A stretch of DNA of 64,000 bases from an uncultured delta proteobacterium. GTDB taxonomy: Bacteria; Desulfobacterota; Syntrophia; Syntrophales; UBA2185. The translations under genes and the position numbers were made by a program. The stretch lies in NCBI GenBank assembly GCA_963695875.1, contig CAVOID010000003.1, forward strand, positions 224,001 to 288,000, in the 5' to 3' direction. The first letter of the stretch is position 1; each line of letters starts with the position of its first letter. The notes under the pieces are model-generated. The model searched no databases. It saw nothing but the letters and a program-made list of their open reading frames with translations, and had not been told where the DNA came from. This document shows, one piece after another, positions 51,969 through 63,394 of this stretch.

Positions 51969-54900
51969 ATGAAGAGATTATCGTTTTCTTTAATTTTTAT
52001 TCTGTTGGGAATGGCTCTGGGAACCGGGGCCAATATAGCCCATTCAGGCACTTATACTTTTTCCAACCTTGATGTTCCAGGCGCTCAGGCGACTACTGCT
52101 TTAGGTATTAATAAAGCGGGTGTGATTGTCGGGACTTATTTTGACAGCAGTGGGACAGGGCATGGCTTTTTATGGAGTGCTGGCGTCTACACTACGCTTG
52201 ACGTCCCAGGTTCTGTGTGGACTGAGGCCTCAGGTATTAATAAATTAGGCCAGATTGTTGGAAATTACTGGGACAGCAGTGGGGTCCAGCATGGCTTTCT
52301 ATGGAGTGATGGAGTCTACACTACCCTTAATGTTCCGGGCGCTACCAATACTAGTGCCGTTGGCATTAATGATGCGGGCCAGATCGTCGGGAATTACTGG
52401 AACAGGAGTGGATATCGCATGGCTTTCTATTGAATAATGGAGTCGTACACGACAGTTGATGTTCCGGCGCTAAAGGCAACTATGCTACAGGTATTAATGA
52501 AGCGGGCCAGATTGTAGGGAATTGGTTTGGAAACCAGAGCAACGGTGTGGGATCGCATGGCTTTTTGTGGAGTGGCTGGAGTCTACACGACCCTTGATGT
52601 TACGGGCGCCAGAAATAACTATCCGATAGGTATTAATGAAGCGGGTCAGATTGTTGGGAACTGGGACAGTAGCGGATTATCGCATGGCTTTTTGTGGAGT
52701 GGCGGGGTCTACACGACCCTTGATGTTCCAAACACTAGAGAAACCTATGCTAGAGGTATTAATGAAGCGGGCCAGATTGCCGGCTTTTACTGGGACAGTA
52801 ATGAGGGACTGCATGGATTCCTCGCTACCCCCATTGGCACATCCTTGCAGACTAATGATATTGGCAACGGTACATACACGGATGCTTCCCTAAATAATTC
52901 ACTTTATCAACCTTTTTCACCTTATTCACTTTTACCTGATTTACCCTTCTCGTTTAATGTTTGCTTCGATTCCGCGGCTAACCTCAAGAGCGGCAATCTC
53001 TACCAGTCGCAAGACGTGAGCAGGCTCCGCCTTTCCTATAACAGCATTGACACATACAATGGCCCCGTGGGCAAAAAATGGACACACAATTACAACGTAA
53101 ATCTGACACCCGCAAATGATAATAGCGCCCTGACCCTGAAAAGTGGCGATGGCAACATCATTAACTTCACATTGTCAGGCGGCGTCTACTATCCGGAGGC
53201 CAGAAGCGGCGACACCTCCCGGATCGCAAAGAACGCGGATGGCACTTATACCCGGACTACCAAGAACGGCAGTAGCTATATGTTCAGCGCAGCGGGCGTC
53301 CTCACATCTATAACCGACAGAAACAATAACGCCGTTACCCTGGCCTACAGCGGGAGCGACCTGGCAAGCATCACCGATCCATCGGGAAGGATAACCACCC
53401 TCACCGCAACAGGTGGCCTGATAACCTCGATCACGAACCCTGGCGGAAGGACATACAGCCTGTCATATGCCAGCGGTCTTCTTTTATCGATCACCGACCC
53501 ATTGGGCAATGCATGGCGATATACGTACGACGCAGACGGGAAGATGCTCACCAAGACGGACCCTGCTGGCTACACAGTGGCCTACACGTATGATACGAAC
53601 GGCAGGGTTCTGACATCAACCGACCCGGAAGGAAAGACAAGGACCATGAGCTATCCCCAAACGGGAACAAGCATGTATACCGCAAAAGACGGCGGTCTCT
53701 GGACATACACCTATGACCTGACCCTCGCCGTCAAAACAGCGAAGACCGACCCGTTGGGCAACATCACCAGATATGCCTTCGATGCGAATCGCAATCTGCT
53801 TTCCATCACCGCTCCCGACGGAAGCGCCACCGGCTACACCTACGACAATTTCAGCAACACCACCTCCGTAACGGATCCTCTGGGCAGCGTGACAAAATAC
53901 ACGTACAACAACCTTAATCTGGTCACCAGTCGTACCGATCCTAAAGGCGCCGTCACGACATACGCATACGATGCTAAAGGCAACCTTACGAAAGTCACTG
54001 ATCCGTTGGGAGCCGTAACAACTTATTCATACGACACCAAAGGCAAGGTTACGACGATTACCGACGCCAACGGCAAAAGGACTGTCCTTGCCTATGACTC
54101 CCATAACAATCTCGTCAGTATTACCGACCGCCTGGGTAATCTTTCCACATTCACCTACGACGCCATGGGCAACCGTCTCAGTATAACCGATCCCCTCGGC
54201 AACGTCACTCAGTTCGCCTATAACGGCATCAACCAGACGACACAGGCAACCGACCCCAAAGGCAACATAACCCGGTATGCGTATGACTATGAAGGAAGCG
54301 TCATAAAAAAGACGGACGCGAACGGTAACCCAACGGATTACGCTTACAACTACGATGGCCAGCTTACCCAAATTATCGATGCCTTGAACATCCTTACCAA
54401 GATGACTTACGGGCCTGCGGGCTGCGGCAGCAGTTGCAGTGATGAGGACAAGCGCACCGACCTGACCGATGCCCTCAACCACAGCACCCGTTACACCTAC
54501 GACCTGGCAGGCCGCCGCATCAGTGAAACCGACCCGCAGGGCAACGTGATAACTTACGGCTACGATGCGAAGGGCAACCTCATCACGATGACCAAAGCGG
54601 ACGGGAAGGCCATCACCTATACATACAATGCCAACAGCCGTTTGACGCAGAAGCAATACTCTGACGGGAGCGTAACTCAGTATCTGTTCGATGGCAACGG
54701 TAAAATGACCTACGCCGGCAATGCGTCCATTGCATATATCTTTGCCTATGACGCTAATAACAGGATAATTGGCATCACTGATTCCAATAACCGGACCATC
54801 CAGTACCAGTACGATCTACTGGGCAACAAGGTAAAGATGATCACCCCGGAAGGGAAAACCGTTTCCTATGCTTATGATTCAAACAGGAGACTCACGGCGA

Positions 54901-56114
54901 TTATCGCCGATGCGGGCAAGTTTAGCATCAGCTATGATGCCGATGGCAGACGGAAGAAGCTTACGTATCCCAATAAGGCAACTGCGGTTTACACCTATGA
55001 CAATAATGGCAATCTTACGATAATCCGGCACAACGGGCCAACCGGGGCGGTACTGACGGAAGTGGACTACACTTACGACAGTATAAACAATCGGCTGACA
55101 AGGAGCGATGCAAAGAACACAGCGACGTACAGTTATGATCCGCTCTCCCGCCTGAAACACAGCACTCTTAGTTCCAAACACCATCCGAAAAAGAGTTTAC
55201 CGGGTGGAGAATCCTATGTCTACGACAGTGTCGGCAATCGTCTGCAGGGACCGGAACTCAACGACACCATGAGCTACGATGACGCTAATGAGTTGCTAAA
55301 CTTAAACAGTATGACCTATAGTTATGATCCCCAAGGCAACAGGATACAGGAGAGGGGAAGGCATGGAGGCACAACATACAGCTACGACGATGAGAACCGT
55401 CTTGTCAAAGTGGAGATACAGAGAGGCGATGATGTAAAAGAGGTAATCTTTGCCTATGATCCCTTCGGCAGGAGGATAATGAAGACGGTACAGAAGAAAG
55501 ATTTTGATAAGAAAAAGAAGAAGTACATTTTAAACTTCCTTACAACGATCCAGTACGTGTATGATGGCCAGAACATAATCCTCGAGTATGTGAAACATGG
55601 GAAAGAGAACGCAATCATCACCAACTACATACACGGCCCGAGGGGAGACGAACCTTTAGCCATGGATGTAGTGTACCCTCACCACCACTGCAACTTTCAA
55701 CATAAGAATATCTACTACTACCATGCGGACGGTCTCGGTTCCATAGTCGGATTGACGAATGCCAGAGGACACATGGCTCAGGACTACAAGTACGATTCCT
55801 TCGGCAACATTAAACATCAATATGATGATATAAGACAACCTTATACCTACGCGGCACGGGAGTTTGACTTTGATACGGGGCTTTACCTCTACCGCGCGAG
55901 GTACTATGATCCGAGAGTGGGGAGGTTCATAAGCAGGGATCCGATTGGGTTTGAGGGTGGAGATGTGAATCTGTATGTGTATGTCTTCAACAACCCGTTG
56001 AATTATTCTGATCCCACAGGTTTTAAGGGTCAGCTTTGTAAAAGACAAGTTTTTATAGATTACACGGAGAGCGCGGAAATCGGTGGCGAAATGTGGGGAC
56101 CTAATACGAATTAA
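51969..56114 (+). CDS. Rhs/YD-repeat protein with signal peptide and six N-terminal HAF-like repeats (frameshifts 52400-52570)
   Basis: GINxAGQIVG..HGFLW repeats; many YxYD..G repeats; core RARYYDPRVGRFISRDPIG..NPLNYSDPTG. Confidence 0.9.
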
Positions 56115-56134
56115 GCCTCATCGATGATTTATCC

Positions 56135-56174
56135 TGGCGGTTGAAACTTTTTCTTCAACCGCCATTTCTTTTTT
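56135..56174 (+). terminator. Intrinsic terminator right after rhs
   Basis: TGGCGGTTGAA..TTCAACCGCCA followed by a T-tract. Confidence 0.8.
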
Positions 56175-56238
56175 CAGGAGCCCCCAAGGCGGATGGACAG
56201 GTCTTTCGCTTCATTATATTAAAATCATATTAAACCGA

Positions 56239-57238
56239 TCACTCTTTAACAGGTGTCCAGGTCTTGTCGGGATTGTACGATTTCATCTTCTGGGCGATCT
56301 TCATTGTGTCCGGTCCGAGGTTCTTCTGGTAGACCTTTCCCTGCTGATTGACGATAAAGGTCATCACCCCTGACTTGCCCCAGTTTGAGGGAAATGCGAC
56401 CAGGGCGAAGCCCCCAACCATGTTGCCATTGACGATGTAGCTATAGCTACCCCCCGGCACATTTTTTCCCTGTCTTGTCAGTATTTTGAAATAGTAACCA
56501 TGAAACGGTGAAGGCTCCGCTTCTTTGAAGGCAGCCTTTTTCTTCTTGTAGCCCTCGTGCCAGGCACGTGCCACGAGCTCACCAAGGGGGCTTACTTCTT
56601 CTCCCGGTGCGGCCCTCCAGAAGAGACCGTTCCTCTTACCGGGATCGCTCCGAAGTTTCTGTGCATACGCAAATATACCGTCGCCGTCCCAGTCTTTAAG
56701 TACATACTCACGCTGCGCCTTGACATAAGCGCGGCAGACCAGTATGGCAGTAAGTTCATCTTCCCCGATCCGGCGGTTCAGGATCTTCTTCTTTGCCTGC
56801 TTCAGTATCAAAGAACCATTGGTCATTATATTTTACAATGGGAATCGGAAAGGGCCAGTTCTCATTGCCGACATGAAGAATAACTTTTGAATCATTCTCC
56901 TTAACGAGGTCGGCTTTCTCTGCCAGATGTTTGGCAAATTCTTCAAATTCGGCGGCTTCCTGCACCTCATCACCCGAGCGAAGATCCTTTCCGGAAGGCC
57001 CGAATATTTGATCAAGCACAGTCTTGTCTTTTGCCTTGACAGCCTCAATGAGGGTTTTCAATGCATCTTCGGGAGAGGAGAAGAGTCTCTGCGACGGTGC
57101 CCCGACTGCCGGCATGCTCCAGGCAAAGATGAACACCGCAATTACCAAAAGCGCAGCGATAAAAGCCATACCCGGCGATGGACGAAATACGGATTTCTGC
57201 TGAATTGTCTCCATAGTTTCTTTCCTTTCCTTATTCAT
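56239..57238 (-). CDS. DUF2950-family exported protein (frameshifted near 56790)
   Basis: WPFPIPIV, RRIG, FHGYYFKIL, GFALVAFP..G.SGVMTFIV. Confidence 0.85.
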
Positions 57239-57275
57239 TTATTCCCTGTTTATCAGAAAATATCACCTGTCCATA

Positions 57276-58666
57276 CTACCGACGCGGTTTACCCCTGGTG
57301 TCATCCTTGCCAGCGGGAGTACTGCCTCTAGCGCCATCTTTCCGTTCAGGGGTACTGCCCTTTGTTACGGGGGCAGTGGGAGTATGTACGACCGTCACTG
57401 CTCTGGCGGCTGGCCTGGCCGCGAAGACTCTGTCCTCTGGCCTCGTTGGCTCCCCTGTAACCACCAAAGGTAACTGATGGTGTCTTGGGAGGCTGCACGC
57501 TTTCGCGGGCAGGACGGGCCTGGGGGAGACCCTTGCCGATACCCGGACCCGGCAGTAGTGGCTGTTTGCCGATACTCGGTGCCGGCTGCACCGGCCGTTG
57601 GCTGATACCCGGGGTTGACGGTGCAGGCCTTTGGCTGACACTGGGAGCCGGTCTTGCCAGCCGTTTGCCAAGGTCTTGAGGGGTTGCCTTCGGTGGGGCC
57701 GAAACGATACCACGGCTTTCCTTGCCGCGATTGCTGAAAGAATGGGTATCACCTCTGGGGCCGAACATCCCTGCCGGAGGCTTGGGCGGTACTGCAGCCT
57801 TCCCCCTGATTTCAGGCATGCGTGCATGCCCGCCGACACTGAGACCACGACCTGGGTGTGATGCCCGGTAGCTATCGGGGCTGCCATGTGATGCATCATG
57901 CCTCCATGTCTGATTTATGTAAGGTCTGCTCCTGTTGATGTAAACATTCCTTACGTGAACATAAGGCCTTGCGTGATTAACCCAGCCGGGGCGGTTCCAG
58001 CCATGATAGATCACATGGTGGTGACCCCAGTCAAAGTCCATGGTCAACCAGCCCCCGATTACCAGACCGAGGCCAAAGGTAATGAAAGGCGCTCTGCCAG
58101 GGTACCATCTCTGGACATAGATAACTGAAGGATCATACTGCGGGACGTATATATACTGAGGTTGAGCCGGAATGATCTCGATATAATCTCCATCCGTAAT
58201 TACATTCTGTTGGCTGGTACTCTCCAGATTGCCGGCGTCTCTCGCCTGCCACCTGAGATGTTGGATCGATCTTGCTACGTCTTCCGGCTGGTTGAGAAAA
58301 GCATCTCCCAGGTCGGCAGTCCAGTCTACATTATCAGCCATCATCTTCAGAATGTTCGGATAGTGGGCAATTGCCTTGACGGACTCATCCCAGTTCTGCC
58401 CATCAATCCCTGATATTGCCCCGCCTCTATTCAGCCAATCTTCCGCATCGGCAATTTCTTCCGGATACGTCGAGGCCGGCAGCATCTGGGCCAGCAGGGG
58501 GTCCGGGTAGAGGGCAATGGGTGCAAGGAGGTTATCAAGTTCCTGATCCGTAAATGATGATGAGTATGTCAGGTACGGGTCAGCCGCGCGGGCCTGAATC
58601 GATAGGAGAGCATGAAAGGCAAATAACAATAATAAGCAGAAAGCCTTTTATGCAGTTCCTATTCAT
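57276..58666 (-). CDS. DUF3300-family exported protein with a Pro/Arg-rich tail (frameshifted at both ends)
   Basis: LLAPIALYPDPLLAQML.ASTYP, WDESVKA, IYVPQYDP; RBS before 58666. Confidence 0.85.
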
Positions 58667-58881
58667 AAGCCTGACTCCTTCCTCTTTTAGCTTTGAGACT
58701 GATGGTTGATATTGCTTTTCATATAGAAAAAAGTATGCAGGATTATAGACCATTCTGAAACAAAGTCAACGAATATAACTTTATATTGCAGAAGAATGAT
58801 ATGATTGACTATCGGGAATATCCTGATTTATATCTTCGTAAATGCTGATTGATAGTTCCAATTGCAGATATCCTGTTGAAA

Positions 58882-58990
58882 TGACCGGGGGCACATCCCG
58901 CAAGCCCCGCCTTGTGGGCGGGGATAAGGGGTGCAATGTTAGCATAGTTTCCTTTCCGGGAAGCCCCACCCTGTGGGCGGGGAGCTTCAC
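58882..58990 (+). mobile_element. Repeat family B: non-autonomous IS200/IS605-like miniature element (109 bp)
   Basis: TGAC..two CCCC(G/A)CC-GGCGGGG hairpins..GGGGAGCTTCAC; matches the 60613 and 49222 copies. Confidence 0.75.
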
Positions 58991-59239
58991 TAATTCCTTT
59001 CATATTCTTTCCCTTTCTTATTAGGTAGCTTATACCTGCCATTATTCTACTATTTTATCTTCATTGACTTCCGTAGACAAATACACTAACCAATTTAATA
59101 TAAAAGGAAATAAGGGGCTGTCTGCGTATAAATTAAATGCAGCACTTATCGGCCCTGGAATTTCAATTTTAGCGTAACACCAGAATCGTTGCCATTCTAT
59201 GATCGTGTCTCTGGTGTTTAACTACGAAGGAGGACAAAA

Positions 59240-59851
59240 ATGATGATGTCAATCTGGAAGATGACGAACAGGAAAACATATACCGAAACGGTGGTTATCA
59301 AGAGCAGGCCTTCGGCTTTTGCTTCTCTTATTAGTCCTTGCCCTGGCTGCATGTTATCCCGCGGCATATCGCGAGGTTCCGAGTGCAGGCCCAGGCCCAA
59401 GAGGCTCCCATTACCCAGGTTTATTTTTACCCGAAAGAGGGCCAGACGACGGAGCAGCAGTCGCGAGACCACTATGAATGTTACAACTGGGCGATGCAAC
59501 AGACCGGCTTCGATCCGAGTCAGTCGTCGATTCCGCCCGAGCGTCGCGTAAAAGTGGTGCCGATGCCCCCACCAGGTCATGATACGGCTGTTATGGCCAT
59601 TGCCGGTGCGGTTCTGGGCGCGTTAATAGCCGGGCCAAGGCATGCAGGGGGAGGTGCATTGATCGGCGCAGGGAGCGGGGCTCTGGTCGGTGCAGCATCG
59701 GATGCGTCCCGGCAGCAGTATGCCCAGCAAATGCAGGAAGCGTATGTCAATCGCGATCAGGCAGCTCGACGCCCGCTATGAAGGAAAGGCACGTAGCTTC
59801 AGGCGTGCGATGTCAGCCTGCCTCGAAGGCCGCGGCTATAGCGTGCAGTAA
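59240..59851 (+). CDS. Glycine-zipper lipoprotein with a YPxxGQ..DxYEC domain (frameshifted)
   Basis: Shifted frame LVLALAAC; YPKEGQ..DHYEC; GAVLGALIAG; end ACLEGRGYSVQ*. Confidence 0.75.
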
Positions 59852-59878
59852 GGAAGACTAAGATCTATATTTGATTTT

Positions 59879-60569
59879 ATGGAGGTAATAACCATGTCAT
59901 ATACTCGCAATAAGAGTCAGTACCTTGTGATCGGGCTTATGCTGGCAGTGTTGTCGGGAATCATGCTGTTCGGGTTTACGCAGGTGGCAAGCGCGGAAGG
60001 GCGCGGATCCGGCCATAACGAATTCAGGGATTCACGTCATGACCATGACCATTCCTATCCGGTTCGCGGTCATTTTGTGAATGCGGTGCCGAGGGGTCAC
60101 CATGTGGTGGTTTATGGCCACTCACGATACTACTTTTACGGAGGTGCCTGGTACCGTCCGTATGGGCCGCGCTTCGTTGTCGTTGCGCCTCCGTTCGGTC
60201 TTGTAGTGCCCTTTCTGCCTCTGTACTACACGACGCTCTGGGTAGGCGGTGCACCTTATTACTATGCCAATGAAGTATATTACACTCAAACCCCGGGCGG
60301 CTATATGGTTGTTGAGCCGCCGAAGGGCGAAGTCGTTGCAGGCGCCGGCATCGGAAGAACGGTTGTTCATCTATCCCCGCAAAGGGCAGAGCGAAAAGCA
60401 GCAGTCGAATGATCGATATGAGTGCCACCGCTGGGCTGTGGGCCAGACACATTACGACCCGACCCAGCCGCCCGGCAGTGTACCCGAAGCTCAGTCGAGC
60501 CAGAAGCGCGGGGAATATCACCGTGCGATGGGCGCCTGTCTCGATGCCCGGGGGTATACTGTGAAATAA
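59879..60569 (+). CDS. Exported protein with an aromatic/Pro-rich domain plus a YPxxGQ..DRYEC domain (frameshifted near 60340)
   Basis: Signal peptide; YYFYGGAWY..VVAPPFG; IYPRKGQ..DRYEC..ACLDARGYTVK. Confidence 0.75.
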
Positions 60570-60612
60570 AGATACTGTTTAAAAATGCGTTTTAAATGAC
60601 AGCACTTTCAAA

Positions 60613-60723
60613 GTGAAGCTCCCCGCCCACAGGGCGGGGCGTCCCCCGGAAAGGAAGATATACTTACATTGCACCCCTTATCCCCGCCTACAAGGCGGGG
60701 CTTGCGGGATGTACTCCCGGTCA
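60613..60723 (-). mobile_element. Repeat family B miniature element (111 bp)
   Basis: Reverse-complement copy of 58882..58990. Confidence 0.75.
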
Positions 60724-60748
60724 AGAAAACGCGCCGTATTCAGCGGGA

Positions 60749-61090
60749 CTACCGCGCCCCCCTCTTTGAGGGCCCTTTTCGCGTCGACGATAGAACAAAT
60801 GTCACCTTTCCTTCGACATGCCCTTTCTTCCACTCGCCCTCATATCGACTGCCGTCGGGAAGGGTCATGAGGCCTTCTCCGTCCGGGAGTCCGTTTTTCC
60901 ACTCGCCGTTGTATTCACCCCCATCAGGCCATTTGAAGATTCCTTCCCCGTTAAAACTTCCCGCCTTAAACTGACCATCGTATCTGCTCTCGTCGGGATG
61001 GATATAAACTCCCTGACCGTAGTGTGAGTCGTCCTGCCACTCAAACTCAAATTTTCCCTTCTCTGAGAATTTCTTTACCAGTTCCTTCAA
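60749..61090 (-). CDS. Small MORN-repeat protein
   Basis: YxGxWxxGxxxGxG repeats. Confidence 0.8.
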   Translation of the reverse strand: MKELVKKFSEKGKFEFEWQDDSHYGQGVYIHPDESRYDGQFKAGSFNGEGIFKWPDGGEYNGEWKNGLPDGEGLMTLPDGSRYEGEWKKGHVEGKVTFVLSSTRKGPSKRGAR

Positions 61091-61114
61091 TATCTATCTC
61101 CCACTTTGCAAATC

Positions 61115-63123
61115 TTAATCTCTCTTTTCAATAAACTTGCCGTTCTCGAACTGACCGACAAATTTCATGCCGCTGGGAAATGTCATTGTCCCCTGGCCGT
61201 GAGGAAGACCATTTTCCAGGTTGCCGCTATATATTCTTCCGTCAGTGAGGGTCAGTGTTCCTCGGCCATGATACTTGTTATTTTTAAACTCACCCTCATA
61301 TCGGTCACCATTGGGATATGTCAGAACGCCTTGCCCATTTGATAAACCATTTTTAAATTCACCGATGTACTTCGTGCCATCGGCAAGTATCAAAGTCCCC
61401 TGTCCTTCATACTTCCCTTTCTTGAATTGGCCATCATATTTTTTCCCGTCAGGATAGACCTCCACTCCATGTCCATGGTACAGGTCGTTACTCCAGGCAC
61501 CCGTATATTTTCGCCCGCCGGGCATCGTTAGGATTCCTTCACCATCCCTCACATCTTTCTTCCATTGACCTGCATATACGGAACCGTCCGGGAAGGTCAA
61601 AGCACCCTGCCCGTACCTGTCGCCGTTTTTCCACTCGCCAACATACTTTCCACTATCAGGAAATGTCATGGTCCCCTGCCCATCAGGAAGATCATCCTTC
61701 ATTTTCCCAACATATTTTCGACCATCAGAGTAGGTTTTAGTCCATCGTCCCGGAGAAACGGAAGTCTCTGTTTCTACAGGTTTAGACTCCTGTTCCACAA
61801 TGAATTTTTGTTTTGCCTTTGCTCCAATTTCTGCTCTGATTTTGGCCTCTTCTGCCCTGAATTTCGCCTCCGCTTCCTCTCTGGCTTTTGCTACGGCTTC
61901 TCTTGTCATCAACTCGGCCACCAATTGGGCTGCTTCTTCCGTCTTCGCCTTTGCCTCCATTTCTATCTTGAGTCTGGCTTCCTCTTCCTCCTTTACTCTC
62001 CTTTCAGCTTTCGCACGGGCTTTCGCCTCTTCTGCCAACAGTATCTCCACTTCCGCCTTTGCCTTAGCTACTGCTTGTTCTTTCACCTTCAATTCGGCAA
62101 CGAGCTGGACTATCTCTTCCGCTTTGGTCCTGGCTTCCATCTCTGCCTTAAGTCTGGCTTCCGCTTCCGCCCTTAATCTTGTTTCCGCCTGCGCACTGGT
62201 CTTCGCTTCTGCTTCTTCTCTTGCCTTTAACTCTGCTACCAGCCAGTATACCTCTTCCGCTTTGGCCCTGGCTTCCGTTTCTGCTTTGAGTCTAGCTTCC
62301 TCTTCAACCTTTGCCTTTGTCTCCGCTTCCTGCCTTGCCTTCACTTCTTCTACTAAACGTGCTTCCATTTCCGCCATTGCTTTTGCTTCGGCCTCTGCCC
62401 TGGCCTTTGTTTCTTCTTCCTTCTTTCTGATCTTCTTCATCTTCTCTTGTCTTTCTTTCAGCTTCCTGTCTCGCCTTGGCTTCTTCTACTAACCGTGCTG
62501 CCATTTCCGCCATTGCTTTTGCTTCGGCTTCTGCTCTGGTCTTCGCTTCTTCTTCCTTCTTTCTGGTCTCTTCCTCTTCTCTTATGTTCCTTTCAGCTTC
62601 CTGTCTCGCCTTGGCTTCTTCTACTAACCGTGCTGCCATTTCCGCCATTGCTTTTGCTTCGGCTTCTGCTCTGGTCTTCGCTTCTTCTTCCTTCTTTCTG
62701 GCCTCTTCCTCTTCTCTTACGTTCCTTTCAGCTTCCTGTCTCGTTTCTGTTGTCAGGTGATCCTCTTCCATTTCAGCCTTGACTTCAGCCTCCGCGACCG
62801 CGGACACCCTTAACCCAGCGGCCCGGCTGTCCGGCTTTACTATATTTCTGCCGGCTTTCCATTCACCTTCGAATATTGTTCCGTCAGAAGAGGTATATTT
62901 CCCCCTCCCATGAGGAAGGCCGTTTTGCCAATCACCTTCGTATCTGCTGCCGTCAGACCACGTGTAAGTCCCTTTTCCATGGGGATTGTCATGCCCTCCA
63001 TTCACCCACATACTGACTCCCGCCAGGCCCGGCAAAAGCGCCCTGTCCCGTATACGGATCATCTATCCATGTAACTTCCAGTTGTTCTTTGCGGGATGTT
63101 CCTCTTATCAAGCGCCGCAGCAT
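61115..63123 (-). CDS. MORN - long E/K/A-rich helix - MORN protein (frameshifts near 62995 and 62450)
   Basis: N-terminal MORN repeats (ORF 62304..63062), charged helical repeats, C-terminal MORN array (ORF 61115..62440). Confidence 0.8.
62325..62742 (-). repeat. 135-bp (45-aa) tandem repeat, two near-identical units and one diverged unit
   Basis: TTCAGCTTCCTGTCTCG recurs at 62457, 62592 and 62727. Confidence 0.85.
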
Positions 63124-63394
63124 TTCTTTCTCCCATCCTTAATAATTATGCAGAGAATTAAAACTTAAGTATAGTAAAAGGGTTCATTAATGTCAAAAAA
63201 AAAGAAGAGTATTTTCGAGTGAAATCTCCCATCCACGTGGGGATTCGCGATAATGAAAGATTACTAGTTCCGCGGTATTACCCGTCAAAGTCACCGGAGC
63301 AGGGGGTGCATAGAAAGGGAATGGGCGCAGATGTCCTCACTTTATTCCACGTCATGGGGCACTGTTAACCTCCAAGTACCGTCAGATAGCCATT

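Noticed and set aside
49485..52433. Other premature TGA stops (49487, 52433) as selenocysteine codons
   Set aside because: Continuations are in a different frame or hit another stop; no Cys-motif context or SECIS-like hairpin
52050..52830. Periodic repeats as a CRISPR array
   Set aside because: ~130-bp degenerate coding repeats with no constant repeat/unique spacer pattern and no cas genes
58781..60974. Short ORFs starting MKLPAHR or containing HPLSPPTRRGLRDV
   Set aside because: Translations of the family-B repeat, not genes
61565..62782. Long plus-strand Ser/Ala/Leu/Phe-rich ORFs
   Set aside because: Antisense shadows of the E/K/A-rich helix
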